This document shows positions 42,501-56,650 of a stretch of 64,000 nucleotides of DNA, piece after piece; within the stretch, counting starts at the first letter, position 1, and each line of letters opens with the position of its first letter. Source of the stretch: the human T2T-CHM13v2.0 reference genome, Homo sapiens; the NCBI GenBank assembly GCA_009914755.4, contig CP068257.2, positions 25,216,001 to 25,280,000 of the forward strand, given 5' to 3'. Both the position numbers and the translations under genes were made by a program. The notes under the pieces are model-generated. The model was not told where the DNA came from, did not search any database, and saw only the letters and a program-made list of their open reading frames with translations.

Positions 42501-45500
42501 TAAAGCAATGCAGTCCTGTACTTCCAGCTGTCCAATGCCTGAAAATAGCTGTTTTACATATTTTGTCAGTTTTCTAGTTGTTTTTAGTGGGAAAGCAAGT
42601 TCAATTTCTGTGATTGTGTCATAAGCTGAAATAGCTGTTCTTTCTTAACTTTTAAACCTCTATCTTGAAATTTAAAACTGTGTCAAAATAATAATTGGTA
42701 ATATACTTTCAAAATCCAAATGGTCATCAAATATGCTGGTCTTAAGTGAAATTAGCAATCTAGCATTTTATTTTGGGAATGCCTAGATACCTCTGACTGT
42801 CAAAATAATAATATGGCTTCAATTTTTGATAGTGACATCAAAAAATAAAACCTTTTACCAAATAAATCCCCCAAATCAGAATAGCAAAGTCTTTTGTATT
42901 CCTCAAATCAGTCAAAGGTGTTTTGTTTTAATTTTTCATTTATAGTTTCAGAGAAAAATTTATATTCTTTAGAATATATTTGTAGTAGTTGGTGTTCTCA
43001 TTTCTTTTTCTTATTTTACATACTAGAATCATACTCTTGCATCAAATTCAAAAGCAAATATACAAAAAGACAGGATAAAAATCGACCATCAGCCAAAAAA
43101 AAAACCCAGTATTTAATCTAAACTCCTTTGCTCTTTTTTCTTGAATTATTTTGCCATACAAGTAAATGAACACAAAAGAGACAATCAAGTATTCCCTGGC
43201 TGATAATGTATAAAGATGAATTTCAACACTTCTCTTTGGAAGCTTTAAGTAATGTTCAGTCCTGAAACAGGACTTTAAAGGGATCCATTTTCATTCACAG
43301 TCACATAGATAGAGTCAATGCTTTAACTTTGGTCACAATCTCATTTTGGTCCCTTTGTCTGATCTCTCATTCCTTAAGTTGTGTCTGCTCCTGCTCTAAA
43401 TCAGACCACATATCACAAAGGCAGCACAGGGATTTGTGGGTGGAACAATCCCAAGTTTCCTACTGAAGACTAGCAGTACTGTGTGCTCACTGAGTCTCTG
43501 AAGCTCAGAGAGGTATTAGTTTTAGTGTTTGCGGTGGGAAGGGCAGGGACAGGAGAGGTTGGGCATGGTACCATGCTCACTATGGTAAGGCATAGAGAAG
43601 TGTCACATGGAAATGTGAAGTGTTGTGAGGACATCAATGTGAACTTGGTCTTTTTGAACCAATAGATGAACAGGTGCTGTTGACAGCGTTGGCAAGTAAT
43701 TTGACTTCTGGTCATGAATTATTGATCTCATCCCATAAAAATGCAATGGGGCAGGTGACCACACATTTTTAAATTACTTTTGGCATCATCAGCTTCTGGT
43801 CATCTCTTTATGTAAGTGTTTTCATTTTTAAATTAGATTTGGCATCATCAGCTTCTGGCCATCTCTTTGTGTAAGCGTTTTATCCTACAGGTAAATAAAC
43901 TGACTCCAGCTGTCTTGCGTGTCAACTCTTCCAACAAGCCTGACACTTAGCTATGATTTGGCTGCATACAAACCAAGCACTGTCTCCAACCAACACTTAT
44001 TTTGGCTTCTATTTCCTAGGTCCATGGTATACATGAAAATTTCTCACGTGATTTTAATATAGTTTTATCCGATAGAGCAAACATTGAATCAGCATCTATG
44101 TTGAGTTAGTCAGACAAAGTATGATGCCGTATTTGAATGCATTTATAAAAATAACACTACTATCTTAGGTATAAGAAAGGATTATCATTTTTCTGGGGAT
44201 TTGAGGTTTTAAAAGTGTGTATCTTGAGTGACTGATAACATTTTGTTAGCATTATCTGAGGTCGGGGCATACACTGTGATCATCTTCTCAAGTCTCCTAA
44301 GATTCTTGAGACTAAATTTAGTGAAGTGAACAATAAATGGTTATAGGCTAAGCTATGATGTGAAACTGATTTAGTGGATGAAGATATGACCAGTTTTCAA
44401 GGTGTTTATGCTTTAAACACATTTTTTCTGTTTGGTTGATGTTTTCCCCCTCATTTTCCTATTGCTAGTCAGTTATTCATCTTAGTTCAAAGCTAGCACT
44501 TTAGTACTTTTGGAAAAGGACATAGAGAATAAAGGAATGGTTACCAGAGGCTGGGAAGGGTACTAGGGGGTTGAGGGGGAGGTGGGGATGGATCATGCGT
44601 ACAAAAAAAAAGGGAGAAAAGATGAATAAGACCTACTCTTTGATAGCATAATAGGGTGACTATAGCCAATAATAATTTAATTGTATATTTTTAAATAAAT
44701 AATGTAATTGGATTGTTTGGAACTCAAAGGATAAACGCTTGAGGGGATGGATACCCCATTCTCCATGATGTGCTTATTTCACATTGCATGCTTGTATCAA
44801 GACATCTCATGTACCCCATAAATATATACACCTACTGTGTGCCCACAAGAATTTTTTTAAAAATACAAACAATTAAAAAAATACACAGAAATTCAGAAAA
44901 TTAAAATGAAAGGATATACTGTGGGGCCAAAAACTAAAGCAGTGACTATAAGTGAGGCCGAAGGGCTTCTCAGAAGCAAGAAAGTCTAGATCCCATTTGC
45001 TTTGATGTTTTGGGTAAGGCTTTGTCATTGTTTGCTTCTTGACTCAGCTAGATAGGTCTAGTTAGTATTTAAATTCCAACTTCCAAATCACAAAGTGATC
45101 TCACATTCACTTTGTGACTTTTAACGCTTACATTAGTAATAGGCTTATCAACATTTTGATGCCAGTAGAGGGGACCAATAATTATTGAGATCTAACGGAA
45201 ATAAAATAAAGGTTTAACTTATTTAGTTGATTCTCTCAGATGTTCATATTTAGCCTAGGGAAAATATATTTGCTAAGTTTTTGTTATAGGAGCCACAGGA
45301 ATAAACATTTATTCTCTCTCCCAAAGTTTTCTTCTCACATTCTTTCTGTTTTACTCAGTGACTCTCTGTCTCCCTCTATTTTTATTCATGACTTGATTTT
45401 GTTGGTATATTCAGTTCGTCATTCATTCATTAAATGTGAGTGGAAGTGAAGTTCCATTAGAAGTTTAGCACAAACATGACTGGTTTATTTCAGGGTAAGC

Positions 45501-46948
45501 CCATCAACCAAAGGTGGAAAAAATTCCAAAAAAATTCTATTTGCTGGAAAATTTGCTAACAAACTTGGATACGCAAAAGACTTGCTCACAATGTGGGATT
45601 TGAGGGTGGGGGCCCGGGTGGAGAAAATGCAAAATATAATAAACACAACAGACATTCACTGGCATAAAACTGATTGGAGTGCTTTAGGAAAACAAGTTAC
45701 GAGAGAACTATGAAAACAGCTTTGTACTTTGTGAAGTGGAACATTTTAGAGATGCAGATTATAAAGATTGGAACTAATAGCAAAGCCCCAAAATGAGGTT
45801 TTTGTTTTGGGTCTGCACATGCACAATTTATTCTTCATTCAAAAAGAAATTTTAGTTTGCAAACAGGATGTATACCAGACCCCTTAACAATCTAAGTATT
45901 TCATCTACACAGAGGATTAGTATAAACACTTGCCCTTTTATAGTGAAAAAAGGTTAAGCTAAAATGAAACAAATTGCATTTAGCTTATCTTTTTAAAATT
46001 AGAAGAAAAAATATAAATGAAGCATTAGGTTTTTTATTAAAAACATATTTTAGAATGTTTCTTTTTCAGGTATATTTATTTTCTTCTTTCATTTGTTGAC
46101 TTCACCGTGAACTTAAATAAGTTCTTGGCATGTTCTTGGTTTATTTGACTTTTGACTTAACAAGGCAAGGTATGAATTTGAGTCTCTAAATTTGGAAGAA
46201 GTTCTTTGAAGTGAGGCCCTCTTAGCTTCCTGGAGGAAGCGACAATTAAATTTGCCCTTAGGGAAAGGACACAATTTCAGTAACAAAAGGATGGGGTAGA
46301 GTACTCATACAGAGGGGATGGGCCCCTAGAATGCAAGGATGTGGGGGACAGCCAAGTCATGTCAGGTGGTTGAGAGTAACCTCAGGGTGCAGGACATAGG
46401 CAAAGTGGAAGGTAAAGCAGGAAAGTTAGGCTTGCCCACACCCTATCATGTCAGGATTCAGAGGTTTATTTTAATAATTGGCACCTGGTAGCCTTTAACA
46501 GCTTTAAGTAGAGTTCCATGAAAAAGAGTGGATAAGAAAGAAAGAATCACTGAAAAAAAGAGACCAAATATTTATGGAGCTATTCCTCTGTGCTACATAT
46601 TATATAGTTATGCTATATCCCCTATCATGCAGATGGGGAAACTAAAGCTCAGACGTGTTTAAAAACTTGCTAAGATTTATAGATTGATAATTTTGATTCA
46701 CATTTATTGATTGAACAAAACTTAAGCTTCAAGAGGATTCAGGATTCAAGAGAGGATTCAACAGAGGCTTCAAGATGGGAGATCTGGCCTTAGGCATAAG
46801 AGACTGGGAGTGGGGATACTAGATAGATGTGAGCCACTAGCCTGCATCCAGATGAAACTCATAAACTGTATCTAATGTTCCAGAACATAGGGCAAACACC
46901 AGAATTTTTAGTTTTATTATTTTTTTTTTCTGGTTATAAAAGTATATA

Positions 46949-47367
<419 letters not shown>

Positions 47368-47504
47368 TTAAATACAAGAGGCGAACAAGGGCAGAATTTT
47401 CTCTAATTTCATCTCTGGTGTGACAGATTTGAAAAGCATATTCTTGGGTTCCACATTCTAGGTTCCAATCTCTGAGCTTGGACAAGAAAGAAGCCACCAA
47501 GCTG

Positions 47505-47668
47505 GGGCCTGGGGGTGGAGCGAGGTGGCTCACGCCTGTAATCCCAGCTCTTTGGGAGGCCGAGGTTGATGGATGGCCTGAGCTCAGCGGTTTGAGACCA
47601 GCCTGGGCAATATGTTGAAATCCTCTCTCCACCAAAAACACAAAAAATTAGCCAGGCAAGGTGATGCA
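47505..47668 (+). mobile_element. Truncated Alu, plus orientation (left monomer, A-rich linker, start of right monomer).
   Basis: GGGGCCTGGGGGTGGAGCGAGGTGGCTCACGCCTGTAATCCCAGCTCTTTGGGAGGCCGAGGTTGATGGATGGCCTGAGCTCAGCGGTTTGAGACCAGCCTGGGCAATATG...AAAAATTAGCCAGGCAAGGTG. Confidence 0.8.
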
Positions 47669-48039
47669 CCTCCTTTTGGCTTTTAGATCAAGACTAGAAA
47701 ACTCCCCTAAATGAAATGAAACTTGATGGAGGCTAGCTCCTCTCTTTATTGCAAAAATCATCGTCTGGATTGACAATTTTTTTCCTCTCAAAGATGAGCA
47801 ACTAAACACCAAACCAAAGCATATAGTCTATGAAAAAAATTCTAGAACAAGGAATGAGAACATTGTCATAAAGATGTACAGAAATAATTTGTTTCACTGC
47901 TTCACTTTGGAAATCTCCTGAGGAGAAAAAGAAAATAAAACAAAACAAAATGCCTGTGTCTCAACCCAGAGCTTCTGATTTAGTTGGTCTGGAGTGAGGC
48001 CTGGATGTTGTTTTTTGTTTGTTTGTTTGTTTTTAATAG

Positions 48040-49215
48040 ATTTGTTTTTTAGAGCATTTACAGCTTCATAGCAAAATTGAAAGGAAGGTAGAGAGACTTC
48101 CCATATACACCCTTCTCCCACATATGCACAGCCTCCCTTGTTCCCAGCATCTCCCACCAGAATGGTACATTTGTTACAATTGATGAACCTACATTGACAC
48201 ATTATTATCACCCTAAGTCCATGCGTTAGGGCTCACTCTTGGTGTTGTACATTCTATGAGTTTGGACAAATGTATAATGACATGTATCCACCATTATAGT
48301 ATCATACAGAGCAGTTTCACTGCCTAATATGGTTTGGTTCTCTGTCCCCACCCAAATTTCATCTTGTAGCTCCCATAATTCCCATGTGTTGTGCGAGGGA
48401 CCTGGTAGGAGATGATGGAATTCTGAGGGTGGGTCTTACCATTGCTGTTCTTGTGATGGTGAATGGGTCTCACAAGATTTGATGGTTTTAAAAATGGGAG
48501 TTGCCCTGCACATGCTCTCTTTGCCTCCCGCCATCCACGTAAGATGTGACTTGCCCCTCCTTGCCTACCACCATGATTGTGAGGTCTCCCCAGCCATGTG
48601 GAACTGTGAGTCCAATTAAACCTGTTTTTTTTTTGTAAATTGCCGAGTCTCAGGTATGTTTTTATGAGCAGCATGACAACAGACTAATACACTGCCCTGA
48701 AAATCTCCTTTGCTCTGCATATTTATCCCTCCCTATGCCCAAACCCTGGCAACTACTAATCTTTTTACTGTCTCCATAGTTTTGCCCTTTTCAGAATGTC
48801 AAACATTTGGAATCACAAAGTATGCAGGCTTTCCATATTGGCTTCTTTCACTTAGTATCATGCATTTCAGTTTTTGCTATGCCTTTTCATGGTTTTATAG
48901 CTCATAGCTCATTTATTTTAGCACTTGATAATATCCCAATGTCTGGATGTACCACAGCTTATTTATTCGTTCACCTGCTGAAGGACATCTTCGTTGTTTC
49001 CAGGTTTTAGCAATTATGAATAAAGCTGCTATAAACATCTTTGTGTGGACAGAAGTTTCAGTCTTTCTGGGTAAATATCAAAAAGTACAATTGCTGGATT
49101 AAATGGTAATAGTATATTTAGTTTTGTAGGAATCTGTCAAAATGTCTTCCAAAGTGCCTGTATTATTTTTCATTCTTACCAGCAATGAATGAGCGTTCCT
49201 GTTGCTCCACAGGTA
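48040..49215 (-). mobile_element. Old L1 (L1M/L1PB-like) 3' region, minus orientation, interrupted by a THE1 LTR at 48325-48691.
   Basis: ...CCAAACCCTGGCAACTACTAATCTTTTTACTGTCTCCATAGTTTTGCCCTTTTCAGAATGTCAAACATTTGGAATCACAAAGTATGCAGGCTTTCCATATTGGCTTCTTTCACTTAGTATCATG...TTTTAGCAATTATGAATAAAGCTGCTATAAACATCTTTGTGTGGACAGAAGTTTCAGTC...CCAGCAATGAATGAGCGTTCCTGTTGCTCCACAG matches the L1 antisense strand. Confidence 0.8.
48325..48691 (+). repeat. THE1-type MaLR solo LTR, plus orientation, with 5-bp TSD CTGCC.
   Basis: TAATATGGTTTGGTTCTCTGTCCCCACCCAAATTTCATCTTGTAGCTCCCATAATTCCCATGTGTTGTGCGAGGGACCTGGTAGGAG...CCAGCCATGTGGAACTGTGAGTCCAATTAAACCTGTTTTTTTTTTGTAAATTGCCGAGTCTCAGGTATGTTTTTATGAGCAGCATGACAACAGACTAATACA. 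The TSD CTGCC lies at 48320-48324 and 48692-48696. Confidence 0.9.
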
Positions 49216-51399
49216 TTTTTAAAAAGTGCCACAGGTGACTTTAATGCAGCCAAGTTTCAGAAGCCACTGACTTAGGGCAAGAACATCTGTCAGCAAACAT
49301 CTTCTCTCACTTAGTATTAGTTTCCTTATCTGGTAGAAGAGAAGCCTTCCATAAGACAATAGATCATTGCTTCTTTCTGACTTTCTTGAACATGCTGTTA
49401 CTTTAATGTTTTTATTATAAAATCCTTCAAGGAAATACATGTCCATGCCAAAATATGAGACCCAATTGGCAAATGGAATAAGCCAGAATTACCAAGGATC
49501 TAAGATTACTTCTTTGTGCTTTTTAAATTTTAAAATATATTGTCATCTAAGATACATTGACTACAGAATGATAGAGAACAGTACCAACAAAGCCAAGATC
49601 TTGAACTGGTGCCAATGCATAGGAAAGCTTATTGGGCTCTGTTCATGGCCACAGACCTCTAACCTGATGAAGGCCTCACATTACCGACAAAAAAAGAAGA
49701 AAAGGTATGTTCCTAGACTACTTTCTCCTAAACTCCTGGCCCTTAGGTGCTTGCTTTATCTTTAAAAGGAAGGGAGTGGATGATACGATTTTTAAGCTTC
49801 CTTAATTCTCTAATCTATGCATTACATTATTTTTCTTCAGTAACAGAATTTCATTAGCATTGACGACAAGTTAAAAAGCATGTTCTACTAACTTTTCATC
49901 AGCTACGTTAGATGTAATAAATATTCTTATACTGGGTCTATGATAAGATAAGTGAAAGACTTGCTTCCAGCACCAAATTTGAGCAGGGCGGAGGTTTGGT
50001 AGACTTTGTTATCAAGAAAAATTATACTTTAGTGTTACAGTTTTAAAAATTTAAATTACTGCACAACAATCCACGATGGATAAATCATCAACAGTTCTAA
50101 ATAGAGACAGATTGCATTTTTAAATTAAATGTTTTGTATTATAAATTAATATCTACAATGTTCTAGCTAATATTAAAATCCATATTCATGTAATCATTCA
50201 TACAACAAACTTGTAGTGATTACAAATATAAGGATGTTTAAAACATGACTTTGCCCTCTCAAGACTTATAATGTTATGTGGGGTAGTGACGTTGTCAGGG
50301 TAAGGAAGAAACAGACTTCTGCAATTTATTTAAAGTCAAGGCAAAAATAGAAAAGTATAATAATATAGATACCCATAATATCGACATTTAGAAGCCATAG
50401 TAATTGGTTTTTACTGGAAATGAGTGTGTGTGTGCGTATGTGTGTGTGTATGTGTGTAATAGAATAGTAGCAGCAGAATTGGGCCATCTGCTTGACAAAT
50501 TAGACCTTTTAACTGCATAGAGCTTTGTTAGGAAAGATGATTGAAAGACAACCTGGCTGAAGAATTATATGGCAAAGACCCAGAGACATGAGCATTTAGA
50601 GGAAATCTGGCCTTTGTGTCAGAATCATCAGTGTGTTTGATCAGGTATAGCAGTTGCACATGTGGCTAGAAAAGTTGGTTGGAATTTAGATAAGTACCTG
50701 TCATCTGCTAGATTCCAGAGGAAGGCATGCACTATGGGGTCAAACACTGAGCTGCAAATATTCTTTAAAGTGTGGAATCCTCACAAGTGAGAATCCACTG
50801 TATTTCTAAATACAATAGTGTTTTGGAATTTTGTTGCTTTGACCTAGTAATGTTAGCTGAGAAGATTTAGTTAAACATCCAGGAAAACACGCTGCCTCCA
50901 AAGTTTAGCTTTGAACTGAGAAAAGGAATTATTCACTGCTTCATCTATATCATATGCACAGTGAATCAAAACCAATATAATTTGTTTTTAGTGACTACCT
51001 TTCATTTTGGTGGCTTGAGTACTTTAACATACTAGTCTCTGTGTATATCAGGCTTTGAATTGAGTCAAGATTGACAATTATGATTGAGAATCATTTCCAT
51101 GAGAGAAAAGCAAGCACATCAAAGTGCAATCATTTTTCAAATCGTACACTTGATTCTGGAGATGTAGTGTCTTTGGCCTTGACTTGAAAGCTGTGGTGTT
51201 GAGTCCTTTAGGAGGTGGAAGGTAATGGGTTTAGACAGCAGAAATAAACAAGAACTTCAGGAATCCTGGTTTGACATGATGGAATCCAGTGGCAAGTACA
51301 CTGTATATATCTAAAAATGAATAACAACCTCATGAAAATGTAAGTAGAACTTCATAGTGCTTTCTACCCTGATCTTACCTGATCTTAGCCATAGTGCTT

Positions 51400-51530
51400 G
51401 TAGCCTTCTCTTTCTTTCTCTCCTTCCCCCTTCTCTTCCACTCTTCCTCTTCCTCCCTCCCTTCTCCTCTTCCTCTTCTTATTCTTCCTCCTCCTCCTCC
51501 TTTCTCTCTATTTGTCTCTCATTTCTTGAC
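51400..51530 (+). repeat. Polypyrimidine (CT-rich) tract of about 130 bp that is nearly homopyrimidine on the plus strand.
   Basis: CTTTCTTTCTCTCCTTCCCCCTTCTCTTCCACTCTTCCTCTTCCTCCCTCCCTTCTCCTCTTCCTCTTCTTATTCTTCCTCCTCCTCCTCCTTTCTCTCTATTTGTCTCTC. Confidence 0.9.
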
Positions 51531-54500
51531 CTCTAAGATATTGTTTATTGTGGTTCCTTTTTGGTATTGACCAAATTTCTGGCTATTGTGTTACTGGTGA
51601 CTTCTTTTCTAAATTAGGAAATTGTGTTTGGAAAAACAGAAAGAAAAATACTCCCCTTGCTCCCCAAATTTTTGTTTCTTTCGTCAATTAGAATAACATT
51701 AGGGCCAAGTTTAATGGCCCTAATGTTAAATAGCCAAGTTTAAGAATGTATATTTTGGCATAAATCTTCATGTACAAGCTTTTAAATAACTCTTACTCTC
51801 AAGCAAAAGTTTAAGAATTTTTAAACAAAAAGATTATTAAACAAAAAACCAATATCTATGCTAAGAAATGCACATTGGAAACTGAATTAGGATTGTCTGT
51901 TGTAGTATCATGTTTTTGTACTTCCTAGAATTCCCTAAAAACTAGAACATGGTCATTTACAGAGTTTATTATTTAAAAATACACGCTATTTGCACCTAAA
52001 ATAAGATATTATTTAAAAATGCCATTGAGGAAACAAAACTTTCATTCTTCTCAACTCTTTTCATTTGGCTATATGGAAAACATTCCATTTAACTCATTCA
52101 GAAAATGTGCAAAACTGGCTTTACGTACAACACTAATTTTCTAAAATGCATGGGCCAGGGCCGTTTTCCATAGATTTCTTGCAATCAGTTGCATATGGCT
52201 GGAAGTAGAACTAACGGTGATTTACAGTAATTGCCTGTCATCAGTCTATGCCATGTTCACCTGCATAATCCATCAATTGTCCCAACAGTGCCCACAGCTC
52301 ATAACCTACCTGAGGTTATTTGGGTCTCAGGAAACACACAGCACGTGCCAATGTTCCAAGAATGAAGCTCTGGTTCCCAGCTTCTGCTGCTCCAACTTCT
52401 ATAGCAGCAAGGAGAAAAGAGTAACAGACATACTGATCACATCTAATTAGAAGGTAAGAAGTATTCCCTTGAGCATGTTTATGACATAGGCACAATAGGA
52501 CAGGAGTAGTCTATTCAAGCGGGTTCCTCAATCTCAGGACTACTGACATTCTGGAGAGAAACATTCTTTGTGTCGGGGGATGGGGGCTGTTCTGTGCATT
52601 TCAAAAGCTTCTTTGGATTCTTTCCACTAGATGTCAATAGCATCCCTCCCACCACTGTGGCAATCCACAACATCTCCAAACATCACAAATATCCCACGGG
52701 GAGAAAATTTTTCCGGATTTAGAACCACTGTACTAAGGGAAAATTAAAACTAGAAATTTGTAACTGGTCAGCATTATATACTGAATGTATGAAGTATAAG
52801 TAGTCTACATAGTGAAAAAATAATAGGACAAATATTCGTAAAACTAACTTAAAGTGATGTGTATAAACACAAAGCATACATTGACCTTTTGGAAAACTTT
52901 TCATGGGTGAAAGGGAGTGGTAAAAATAAACCTCTACCGTTATGACCCTTCTGAAGCAACTGTGTTTGGAAGAAAAAATGAAATGTGAGAATGGTAGAAA
53001 CTTTTTTCTACACTGGTTCTTACTTTGACCAACTCATTGGTTTTCATTGTACCCTTCGGCTTATGTAAAATAATTATAACTTTTCTTTTCCATGATAGCC
53101 TTTCAACTATTTGAAAGCACATGCTGTTTTGTTCTGAAGTCCATTTTCCAAACTTTATTTTGTTATACAAAATAGGACATAGTTTTAGATCCTCCATCTT
53201 TCTAACCTTTCTCTAAGCAGAGCTTCAATCTGTTTATATTATTATTAAGATTCCCAAGGTTGAGAATCCTAATTCCCATGAGAAACTGAATCAGTTAGAA
53301 ATGCTTTTGTCTCCAAAATTCAGAATATCCTGCAGTGATTTAATCCTTTAACAAAAAAAGTTCTTACATAACAAAAATTCCAGGGATGGTTAATTGTTGA
53401 TATTTGTTCAACTGCTCAAAGACCTAGTCTCTAGCTGAGCAGATGTTATTATGGAGCAAAAAAAGCAGGTGGAATGGAAGTTAGCAGTGTCAGAATCTGC
53501 AACATACCTTATCAATGCAGACTAGGAAGAGCATCACCATTTATAACTGTATTAATGCACTTTAAGAGCTTGTTGCTTCTCTGGGTATTGTATTACATGA
53601 CTGATACTGTATCTACCTGTATCATAGAAGCAATTCCACTGCAATGTAATTTCCTATATATGCACCCCGTTGGCTTTTGCTTGTTGAATATTGAAACCGA
53701 GTCTTATTTGTGATCACATCCCTGTATTATTCTGGGTCATATTACATATGTGCTCAAGAATTGTTTAAAGGATCAATGAATACTAAATATGTTCTAATTT
53801 TAGGAGCAAAATTTTCACTTGTGAGAAATTACTTCTTAGAAAATTTCCATTTGCAGCACATTTGTTTTTGTTTATGTTACATTGGATTTTCTTATTTAGC
53901 TTCTGGAGGTATATAAATTATCTCAAAGTTGTACATAATATTTTGTGTGCATGCTCATTTATTAAGTAAACTACAGCTTTAATAAGTTTCTTAAAGAAGC
54001 ATTTGGTTCCCTGCATCAGATGTTAAGTTCCTATACAATACAGATTTTTTGGAAGAGGATAAATGAAAGATCAAAGTTAAAGGACTTCGAGAGAACATTT
54101 ATTTTCAAGAAAATGTGACAGCCAGCTGGGGCCTATTTTAGAGAGATTTCTGTGTCCTCCTATGACCCCAAAGTAAAAAAAAAAAAAAAATCTACAACGA
54201 CAATTCCGGATTTTATGTCTAATTCTGTCACTGAGCTCACATAATGGGGACCAGTCAATGCAAAAATTTTGGAAATGGCTTAGGAGTCTGATTCTAATGG
54301 ATTGGAAAAATAACAATAATGTGCTCCAGAAACACTCAATCAATATTAAAATAGTTTCATTCTTTCAGTATGAGGAGGGTGCAACATACAATCTGTCCTT
54401 TCTGTAGTTTCCTGACCCATTTTTAGCGGTAGGTGCCTTTTAAAGTCTGTGTTGATGAATTTATATAATTGATCCATAATCTCTGATCAGCCCCATAGGA

Positions 54501-55083
54501 GCAATGGCAGAGGAACACGCAGGACTTAGGAGTGAGCTGTATCACTTGAATGGAGCTGGAACTTAATTGTAGCTTCATTAAATAGATCCAAACTAAGGCT
54601 AGCTACATTTTCTAAGTATCACATTTCCCAAGTCTTCATTTTCCTCATTAGAGGGGTTTCAGTTGCTCACAAAAGACCCAGCAGATGCCTGAACAATTCA
54701 TTATACTCTTGTACACATCTGGCTTAATCAATTTTGTAAAATGAAGATGTCTTGTCCAACTTTACATGTAGAACAGATAAAAACTTTCTTTCCTACTGGA
54801 AAATATATTTGGGGCCTGCTTACATCCTGATTCACAGAATGGTCCCCTTACTTCCTGTCTACCTTATATCTGAATACCTCTGGTTCACAGAGTAACAACA
54901 CCTTTCAGAAATGTTGAAATTTTTTTTTCAGGGTAAGGCATTTAGATTGGGAGACAAACAAACAAACAAGCAAAAGAATCAATTCATCCTCCCCACCCTC
55001 ACCAAGGAAGCTTCCCCAGTCAGAGCACTAAGTTAATTACAATACTGCGACTTCTTATCTGCAGTTTGCTTATCTTATACTTG

Positions 55084-55122
55084 ATCGCTTTTCAGCCTTT
55101 TGGCTAAGAGCAAGTGTAGTAT
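55084..55122 (+). ncRNA. U2 snRNA 5'-end retro-fragment, about 39 nt (a 3'-truncated U2 pseudogene), flanked by a 10-bp direct repeat.
   Basis: ATCGCTTTTCAGCCTTTTGGCTAAGAGCAAGTGTAGTAT compared with U2 ATCGCTTCTCGGCCTTTTGGCTAAGATCAAGTGTAGTAT gives 36 of 39 identical positions. Flanking TTATACTTGA lies at about 55074-55083 and 55125-55134. Confidence 0.6.
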
Positions 55123-56039
55123 TTTATACTTGAATGGATACAAAGGGTAGTAATCTCCTCCTCACTGATAACTATTATGCCTTTGTAATTCTAAATATTG
55201 TTTCTGAAATAAGAGCCTCATTTTTTCTGCATGTAGGAAAGACATGTTAACAATGAAAAATTTACTTTAAAAGGTTGGTAACCAAAGTATAAAGTGGCAT
55301 ATTTTATAATTTTTCCATTTCTCGAAGAATCAAGGTAGTATCTTTGAGTGTTGTTGATTCACGCGTTGTGAAATTTTTAATTAGTTGTGTTACAAAGGAA
55401 TATTCTGGCACTTCCAAGGCTTGAGCATAAAACATCTTAGAGATTCTACTTGGTTTTCTGCAAAAACCTATTCTTAGAACCCTTAGCCACTTTGTAAGAA
55501 GAGTGAATACCCTGTTGAAGAGGCCACACAGAAAGGCCTTGCGAATACCTGGAGAGGGAGGGGAACCCAGCTGAGACTGATTATCTAGCTGTCCCATCCA
55601 AGACATGAGGCATGTGATTAAACCTGTCTTGGACCTTCCAGTTAAGTCCAGTTGGTGTGTGGAGCAGAAGTATCACCCAGCTGAGAGCCCTGACTCACAA
55701 AATCATAATATTCAATAAAGTGTTGCTTTAAACCACTCCATTTTGGGAAATTAAGTAATAACAGCAATATATAACCAAAACACGTTTGTCAAATCTTTGA
55801 CCCATTTGATTAAAACCGTTACACATGTATTGATTGCCAACAAAGAATTTTTAGCTGCATTTGGAAAACATTTTTCCAGGCAATAAATCTCCATATCCAT
55901 CAATTTCCTGCCCCTGTTTTCTGCCTTGTGTTTGCTTGTTTTTATCACTGTGACTACAGATTGCTACTCTACATCACATTTTTAACCAATCCTGTCCTGG
56001 AGTCAGTGTGTATATATGCAGCCCTTGTTAACAGCTCAA

Positions 56040-56650
56040 GTGACTTGATAGCAAAATTAGATTAGCGATGGTCTTGTTCCAAGATTTTGTGCCTGATCTG
56101 GTAACTCTGAGTTTGAGTTTTTCTTGTTTCCACCTTGTCCTGTAACCGTGATAGTGACAGGAGGCTACCAAATGCCTAGGCTGATGGGGCAGGTCCCATC
56201 CAAAGACAGTTTAAAGCCTGAAAGCCAAGCTACAATTTAAATTTTCACACCGGATTAAGAACTTGTCTTCCTGCTTGGCATGCTTTCCTCTGACTGATCA
56301 CCACCCTTAGCCTATTTTACATATACCTACCCTTTCCTAATTGTTTTTCTACACTGTCGTGCCCACCTTTGAGTGGTGTTTTTGCTTCAAACTTTTTTGC
56401 ATACTCACAAACCAATCAGCATGCACTCCCCATTTTGAGTCCATAAAAGCTCCAGGCTCAGCCATATTGGGGGACTTTCCTGCTTTTAGGTAGGGGAAGC
56501 ACCCCCCGCCCTTCTTTCTCTTTGCTGAGAGCTTTCCTTTCATTTAATACATTCTACTCCACTCACTCTCTGGTGTGCCTAATTCTTCCTGGTCATGAGA
56601 CAAGAACCTGTACCTAGCTGAGCTAAGGAGCAGAAAAAAATCCTGCATCA
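56040..56650 (+). repeat. Possible solo LTR of unknown family, with a CCAATCAG box, a TATA-like ATAAAAG and a polyA-signal-like TTAATACATTC.
   Basis: The motif arrangement ACCAATCAGCATGCACTCCCCATTTTGAGTCCATAAAAGCTCCAGGCTCAGCC...CCTTTCATTTAATACATTCTACTCC resembles a U3-R region. I do not recognise the family. Confidence 0.2.

Noticed and set aside
48324-48674. The 116-aa minus-strand ORF.
   Set aside because: It lies entirely within a THE1 LTR. A near-identical peptide tail (MKFGWGQ...) is also produced by the THE1 copy at 41.2-41.4 kb.
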